A stretch of DNA of 64,000 nt from Antedon mediterranea (lineage: Eukaryota; Animalia; Echinodermata), in contig NC_092678.1 of assembly GCF_964355755.1 (NCBI RefSeq), positions 24,507,365 through 24,571,364 of the forward strand. Direction: 5' to 3'. The notes beneath the pieces were generated by a model. It was not told where the DNA came from, searched no databases, and saw only the letters and a program-made list of their open reading frames with translations. Position numbers and translations under genes: made by a program. Shown here piece by piece: positions 60,301 to 64,000 of the stretch. Within the stretch, counting starts at the first letter, position 1, and each line of letters begins with the position of its first letter.

Positions 60301-60382
60301 TATGGACATAATGAAACGTAACATAGGACATTACAATGAGGAGACGGAACGTATCTTTGGCAAGCAGCCAACTGACCAATGA
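36396..60382 (+). CDS. PRKAR2: cAMP-dependent protein kinase type II regulatory subunit, 13 coding exons, 1125 nt, 374 aa
   Basis: Exons: 36396-36606, 37094-37132, 41183-41232, 42569-42652, 50119-50160, 52130-52194, 53866-54007, 54686-54787, 56231-56305, 56766-56831, 59365-59422, 59803-59871, 60261-60382. All introns are GT-AG and phase-consistent. The protein has an RII D/D domain, the RRKS autophosphorylation site (type II) and two phosphate-binding cassettes ([30 protein letters not shown]). Confidence 0.97.
37094..37132 (+). CDS. PRKAR2: PRKAR2 exon 2 (inhibitor site)
   Basis: TTTTATAG acceptor; [13 protein letters not shown]; donor CAG/GTGTGT. Confidence 0.92.
37764..37886. repeat. ~25-30-bp tandem repeat (AGCCAAATGGTGTCTAGTTTG...)
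   Basis: Direct repetition, ~4-5 copies. Confidence 0.85.
38273..38432. repeat. 16-bp tandem repeat (CACTGTACAGTACATT)
   Basis: Direct repetition, ~10 copies. Confidence 0.9.
39271..40080. mobile_element. Two copies (39271-39431, 39902-40080) of a ~170-bp repeat with CCCAGGGAA..AATTTC / GAAATTATTCCCTGGG termini (MITE-like)
   Basis: Near-identical blocks TTTTGTTTAGCAA..TTGCTAATCAAACTGAT...CACTGGCGAAATTATTCCCTG. Confidence 0.6.
41183..41232 (+). CDS. PRKAR2: PRKAR2 exon 3
   Basis: Polypyrimidine tract + AG; [17 protein letters not shown]; donor AAG/GTAATT. Confidence 0.93.
41259..41595 (-). mobile_element. Penelope-like fragment with an internal ~66-bp unit tandemly amplified 4 times
   Basis: GGTATCAGTGGCTGGATCTCAATGGAGATACAAAAAAA occurs 4 times, followed by sequence homologous to the 14198 and 22080 copies. 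Confidence 0.6.
42405..42485 (+). mobile_element. Decayed tRNA-derived SINE head
   Basis: A-box-like TGTCAAGTGG and B-box GGTTCAATTCC; no convincing cloverleaf. Confidence 0.4.
42569..42652 (+). CDS. PRKAR2: PRKAR2 exon 4
   Basis: CCCGCAG acceptor; [28 protein letters not shown]; donor GTAAGT. Confidence 0.95.
42887..44022. repeat. 53-bp satellite, left array (~21 copies)
   Basis: Unit AATAGCGTGCACAAGGCA(A/T)GGGGGAAGATTTGGGAGCAAACGTCATAATGTGT; AAGATTT at 42911 and 42964 gives the 53-bp period. Confidence 0.97.
44816..45918 (+). pseudogene. Sola2 transposase C-terminal remnant split by a SINE insertion
   Basis: ORF 44816-~45066 (DDD core region ending SMFDYC) resumes at 45424 ([10 protein letters not shown]...[10 protein letters not shown]...[24 protein letters not shown]). 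Confidence 0.8.
45066..45421 (-). mobile_element. tRNA-derived SINE with Deu/Nin domain (DeuSINE)
   Basis: Minus strand: A box TGGCCGAGCGG, B box GGTTCGAGGCC, head closed by GAGCGAGTC/GACTCGCTC, then TAAACCGTAGGTCC...TTAAAGAACCCAG...AAGAGTAGGGGGTTATCCCGGTG (Deu-domain-like) and an A-rich tail. Confidence 0.8.
46781..47180. repeat. 53-bp satellite, right array (~7.5 copies)
   Basis: The same unit resumes in register after the Sola2 right TIR. Confidence 0.95.
47208..49241. mobile_element. Non-autonomous Tc1/mariner-superfamily element (~2.0 kb)
   Basis: TIR CAGTACCGGACAGAATTATTGCA / TGCAATAATTCTGTCCTGTACTG; TA on both flanks; subterminal CGTTGA/TCAACG repeats; no transposase ORF. Confidence 0.8.
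49471..49540 (+). mobile_element. 5'-truncated LINE/SINE 3' tail
   Basis: Matches 2647-2715. Confidence 0.5.
50119..50160 (+). CDS. PRKAR2: PRKAR2 exon 5
   Basis: TTTATCAG acceptor; [14 protein letters not shown]; donor AAG/GTAAGT. Confidence 0.95.
51213..51420 (+). mobile_element. Decayed tRNA-derived SINE
   Basis: A-box TAGCTTGGTGG, B-box GGTTCAATC, and a TGAATTGAAATAAA tail. Confidence 0.4.
52130..52194 (+). CDS. PRKAR2: PRKAR2 exon 6
   Basis: TTTTACAG acceptor; [21 protein letters not shown]; donor GTAAGC, phase 2. Confidence 0.95.
52257..52481. mobile_element. MITE family C copy with an internal ~21-bp unit amplified ~6 times
   Basis: Family C TIRs with TAA flanks; AAATATGGTAGTGATGTGCTC repeated. 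Confidence 0.8.
52785..52912 (+). mobile_element. CR1/L2-type LINE 3' UTR remnant
   Basis: CACAAGCTTTTTGCTTTTTT stem region, AATAAA, and a (TTGAA)3 tail. Confidence 0.4.
53866..54007 (+). CDS. PRKAR2: PRKAR2 exon 7 (CNB-A phosphate-binding cassette)
   Basis: [47 protein letters not shown]; TTTTCAG acceptor, GTAAGT donor. Confidence 0.97.
54686..54787 (+). CDS. PRKAR2: PRKAR2 exon 8
   Basis: [34 protein letters not shown]; TTACAG acceptor, GTATGT donor. Confidence 0.95.
54813..55632. repeat. (CAT)n-derived microsatellite/minisatellite with 5 copies of CCAGAGGTTACTGACACTTGTTCCATGCATC
   Basis: Direct repetition. It explains the poly-His/Ile/Ser ORFs. Confidence 0.9.
55893..56173. repeat. 56-bp tandem repeat, 5 copies
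   Basis: ATTGGCTGCAGCTATCATC at 55894, 55950 and onward. Confidence 0.95.
56231..56305 (+). CDS. PRKAR2: PRKAR2 exon 9
   Basis: [25 protein letters not shown]; TTATTCAG acceptor, CAG/GTATGA donor. Confidence 0.95.
56593..56714. mobile_element. MITE family C copy
   Basis: Family C TIRs with a TTA TSD on both sides. Confidence 0.8.
56766..56831 (+). CDS. PRKAR2: PRKAR2 exon 10
   Basis: [22 protein letters not shown]; GATAG acceptor, GAG/GTAAAA donor, phase 0. Confidence 0.92.
57598..57725. repeat. 24-bp tandem repeat (AATTCCTCTTAATAGAGGTGTCCC), 5 copies
   Basis: CCTCTT at 57601 and 57625 gives the period. Confidence 0.9.
57983..58146. mobile_element. Small Tc1/mariner-type MITE with internal 23-bp G-rich repeat (4 copies)
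   Basis: CCGTAAAACCTTGAAAATAAGC / GCTTCTTTTCTAGGTTTTATGG imperfect TIRs; TA flanks; ATTAAGGTTGGGGGATGGGTGCT repeated 4 times. Confidence 0.6.
58818..58823 (+). CDS. PRKAR2: Candidate 6-nt in-frame microexon of PRKAR2 (Tyr-Ala)
   Basis: TCTTTAG/TACGCT/GTGAGT; 135-nt AG-free zone upstream with a long pyrimidine tract and TGCATG; phase 0-0, matching intron 10. Confidence 0.55.
59365..59422 (+). CDS. PRKAR2: PRKAR2 exon 11
   Basis: [19 protein letters not shown]; TTAATTAG acceptor, GAG/GTAACT donor. Confidence 0.93.
59436..59721. repeat. 38-41-bp tandem repeat (CTACCATTTTGTGTCCAT..CAGACAACCAGGACACTG), ~7 copies, filling most of intron 11
   Basis: Direct repetition. Confidence 0.93.
59803..59871 (+). 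CDS. PRKAR2: PRKAR2 exon 12 (CNB-B phosphate-binding cassette)
   Basis: [23 protein letters not shown]; TTTTATAG acceptor, GTAAGT donor. Confidence 0.95.
59967..60173. mobile_element. MITE family A copy in PRKAR2 intron 12
   Basis: AGCTTGGTTCCCACT...CTAGTGGGAACCAAGCT. Confidence 0.85.
60261..60382 (+). CDS. PRKAR2: PRKAR2 exon 13 (last coding exon)
   Basis: [40 protein letters not shown]-stop; TCTTTCAG acceptor. Confidence 0.96.
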
Positions 60383-60695
60383 TCACCGCTTCCTACACCA
60401 CTGCTTTCTCAAAACTTTTTCTGTTAAAATGTTTCATTTTCAATAACCATAATTAATGATGTTTTTAAAATGAAATTTCTCAAATTTAATGAGAATTTAA
60501 ATTATTATATTAATAACAGTTTAATTCACATCTTCAGAATTGTAGATTTTTTATTTTTTTATTTTGTGTTCTCTTATACTTTATAGTCCAGACATCATAC
60601 CCTTTCACTCGCTGGTATTTGGTGGGGTCTCACTTTTTTAGATTATTTTTTCTGTGTGGCTATTTTCATATTACATAGCTCTAATATTCTACATA

Positions 60696-61607
60696 AATAA
60701 AACACAAAAATAACCAAAATAAGTTCATAAAATAATACCGTATGTCAATGAAATAGTTATTCTATTCAACTTCATTTTGTTGGATATCTGTCTTGATCAA
60801 TTACCCACTCGCTGGATGATGTATTAAGACTAATTTAATATTATGTAATTTAATTTATAACAACTAACCTATTGGTACAAATGACGAACCCTAGCTACCT
60901 CTTATTTTGTTTTTATATGCCAAATATACTAACCAAAATGTTGCGCTAGTTCTTGTAAAAAGTCAAAATCTTTGATTGGGTGTAGTTTAAATGGAAATGA
61001 TATATTAGTTTTCCAGTGGTGTATGAAAGATGTAACATGCAGACTAATTTTGGTTAGCTTATGTAAATTGTTATCTATAAACTAACATGATTTTTTCCCT
61101 TATATGCCCAAATGATTTCCTTATATGGCCATATGATTTCCTTATATGTCCTTATACTTTCCTTATATGGCCATATGATTTCCTTATATGTCCATATCAT
61201 TTGCTTATATGTCCATACTCGATATAATTCGCTTCAAGATTATCAATTTAATTATCAACAAGTCATCAATGTTGCTCCGTTGCATTTTAAATTCTGTAAC
61301 ATTTAAAATCTGCAATATTAATATCAGTTGATTAATAAATATGTCACTCATTATACAATGTTAAAAGCCATGTATAATTGTAGAAGCATATGTTTACAAA
61401 TGGTAACTGCATCCCATATTTGGCTATGATTTTTTGTTTTTTTTCAATCAAATAACAAAAGGGATGTTTATATATGATTGTATTCGAAGGTGGATCAATT
61501 GGTTTTATGAATTGTATTTACACAAAAATTAATATCATTTATGAATTTTATGATGTTATATCTTAATACAAGTTAACAGTTTTAATATTTAGATTATAAA
61601 TAATAAA
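60696..61607 (+). terminator. Candidate polyadenylation signals of PRKAR2 (AATAAA at 60696 and 61602)
   Basis: AATAAA hexamers in AU-rich sequence downstream of the stop codon. Which one is used cannot be determined from sequence. Confidence 0.3.
61088..61218. repeat. 21-bp tandem repeat (ATGATTTCCTTATATGGCCAT-like)
   Basis: Direct repetition, ~6 copies. Confidence 0.85.
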
Positions 61608-61796
61608 AAAAAAAACCAATTTATGAAGAAAAAAAATTGAACAATTTGTTTACATGCATGTTACAAAAAATAGCAAAAACAATCTTTTAGACAAGTTTGT
61701 TATTTAACAGTTTGCTTGTCTGCTGGTGTCATGACGATGTGTAAACAAACACAATGTTTGTTGCACAACTATGCTGAAATAAATGACACGTTTCTA

Positions 61797-62125
61797 TGGA
61801 CCTCTAGTGGTGACCCATAGGATGCCTAGTGTGACCTGAAGGACCTCTAGTGGTGACCTGTTTATAAGGATGTCTAGTGGTGACCTGAAGGACCTCTAGT
61901 GGTGAACTAAAGGATGTCTAGTGGTGAACTAAAGGATGTCTAGTGTGACCTGAAGGACCTCTAGTGGTGAACTAAAGGATGTCTAGTGGTGAACTAAAGG
62001 ATGTCTAGTGTGACCTGAAGGACCTCTAGTGGTGACCTAAAGGATGTCTAGTGTGACCTGAAAGACCTCTAGTGGTGACCTAAAGGATGTCTAGTGTGAC
62101 CTGAAGGACCTCTAGTTGTGACCTA
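61797..62125. repeat. 21-22-bp tandem repeat (GAAGGACCTCTAGTGGTGACCT / AAGGATGTCTAGTG..), ~15 copies
   Basis: Direct repetition with two alternating variants. Confidence 0.9.
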
Positions 62126-63539
62126 TGTCCCATTGCTAACTTGTCTATACAGCTTTCTAGCAAAGACCAATACAAAGGACCCTTGAGCTGCGACCTGTAC
62201 CTTCTTAGTGGTGATATAGCTAGCTAGACCTGACCCTCCAGTGAGGGCCTAATGCACCCTCTAAAATGATTACCTGTCCGCCCTCTAGTGGTGACCTGTC
62301 CACCTTCTTGTAGCGACCTATTCTGTACAAAGCACTGTACCTAACCTAATCCTGGTTTAATATGTTTAAGATTGTACATATATTTCAGATAAAAATATGA
62401 ATAAAGAATTGAAATGGGTATGAAATTTAGTCTCATTGTATCGGCTTAGTAGATATAGTTTGATGTTTGTAAATTGTACTAGAAAAAAAGAAGATCCAAG
62501 GGTATAGCCTGTCGAAGGTTAAAACACACATTCAAAATACATTATAAACATACATACCACCCAAGATAATAAAATAGTGCGAATTATTCCTTCAGTATTA
62601 TATCAATGAATATAGTTGCATGAGCATGTTTATTGTTGGCATTTGTTTCTTATTATCATTCAATTCCTTTGCATGTCTGAGTTCTTGTATATTGTTGCTT
62701 TCAAGATAATTTTAAGTTTTCCTGCATTATATACATGTCTGTCAGTGTCCAGCATGTATGAACATTAGACAGCGAAGTGATGTAACCATATTGGATGGTC
62801 ACTCCATGGAAGTAGAACTTAAGCAGTGCTTGTATTGTGCTTAACTTTCTAGTAGTTTATCTCTATACCCAACATCCAACTTATTTCTTGTATTAAAAAT
62901 TATACAGATTTGCAAATAAATACATTACTAGCTCTCACTCCATCCCATAGAGATACTATTAAAGAAGAGACACTCAACTAATGGTCACACTCTATGCTGT
63001 GCTTGTGTTGTGTGGTTAACTCTCTAGTCCAACCCAACATCAACGACTCTAAACTCGTGTATAATTAATGCTCATAGAGTTTATTGTTTGGCATGTAACA
63101 CTAGCCTGTATACAAAGACTTTAATGCATTCAATACAAACACATTCAATGAAACAACTGCTTAATATAATAATTATTAAATCATAGCAAATTAAAAACAA
63201 GAGATTACTAATTTATCAAAGATATTAATTACAATTTTTTAAACTCCAATTCATTTTTTAAAAAAGTAGATTTGAAAATCATCCTAGTTTGGAAAAAAAT
63301 TAACATATTATTAAAGGAGACAAATAGAGTGAAGTATTGGTATTGTGTATAGCATATCTAAAAAATTACAAATTAACAATAACATTTGATCAGGAAGCTA
63401 AAATAAAATAGCAAGATGTAAAACAGGATTGTAAGTGGGACTATGTAGATAATCACATTTCTTGCGCATGTCCAAAATCACCAGCAGATTTGCAAAATTA
63501 ATTATTTGGTAATGTTGTACATGCCAGCCTTAAAAACCA

Positions 63540-63612
63540 GCTGACCACCCCCGCTGACTGACCACCCCTGCTTACCAACCACCCCCGCTGACCAACCACC
63601 CCCGCTGACCGT
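63540..63612. repeat. Short C-rich tandem repeat (GCTGACCACCCC)
   Basis: Direct repetition, ~4 copies. Confidence 0.7.
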
Positions 63613-64000
63613 CCACAATTCAGTCAACACAATTTAAAATAATCTGTTGCTTTTAATACCTATATCTTTACACTATCCTACACAAATGTACAGTATTCTT
63701 AACATTTTATTGTTTCGCTTTAAACTCATTTTCTAAAATTGTTGCATTTTAAATAAATACACAATAATAACAAGTGTTTATTTAAATAAAAATTATCATA
63801 ATTACATATTATAACCATAACAGTGCCACCATATCTTTGGAAAGATTTAAAACGCAATTAAAAAATACGCAACCGGTCGATATTTCATTATAATTCACCG
63901 ATGCTCGTGTCACTGCCGGCTGACTCTTCTGTTACGACCTCTCCCGTGACTCGCCTTCTGTGAAACAAGGCTCTGTCGTACGCTTGCCCTACAGACTTGC

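Noticed and set aside
62770-63045. 5S rRNA-like or SINE3-like remnants
   Set aside because: The resemblance (TTGGATGGTCAC...) is too short and degenerate to support a call.

Overview
AT-rich animal (eukaryotic) genomic DNA, most likely an echinoderm: the PKA RII N-terminus resembles sea-urchin RII, and a Deu-domain SINE is present. There are three well-supported protein-coding genes. Two are tandem, intronless PRSS23/PRSS35-family secreted serine proteases on the minus strand (10965-12272 and 17781-19052). The third is a 13-coding-exon cAMP-dependent protein kinase type II regulatory subunit gene (PRKAR2) on the plus strand (36396-60382, 374 aa; every intron GT-AG and phase-consistent when spliced by hand). 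The rest is transposon- and minisatellite-rich: a decayed Academ element, a Sola2 element, several Harbinger- and Tc1/mariner-type MITEs, a DeuSINE, Penelope-like fragments with a minimal hammerhead ribozyme motif, and LINE tails. Main hunt results, all predicted from sequence only and untested: (1) candidate upstream phase-1 alternative first exons that would give RII isoforms lacking the dimerization/AKAP-docking domain, set within a dense cluster of perfect CRE palindromes (a possible cAMP feedback module); (2) a candidate 6-nt microexon with a 135-nt AG-free upstream zone in PRKAR2 intron 10; (3) a multi-level nested transposon/satellite structure making up about 88% of intron 4. All coordinates were read by eye; repeat boundaries are approximate.
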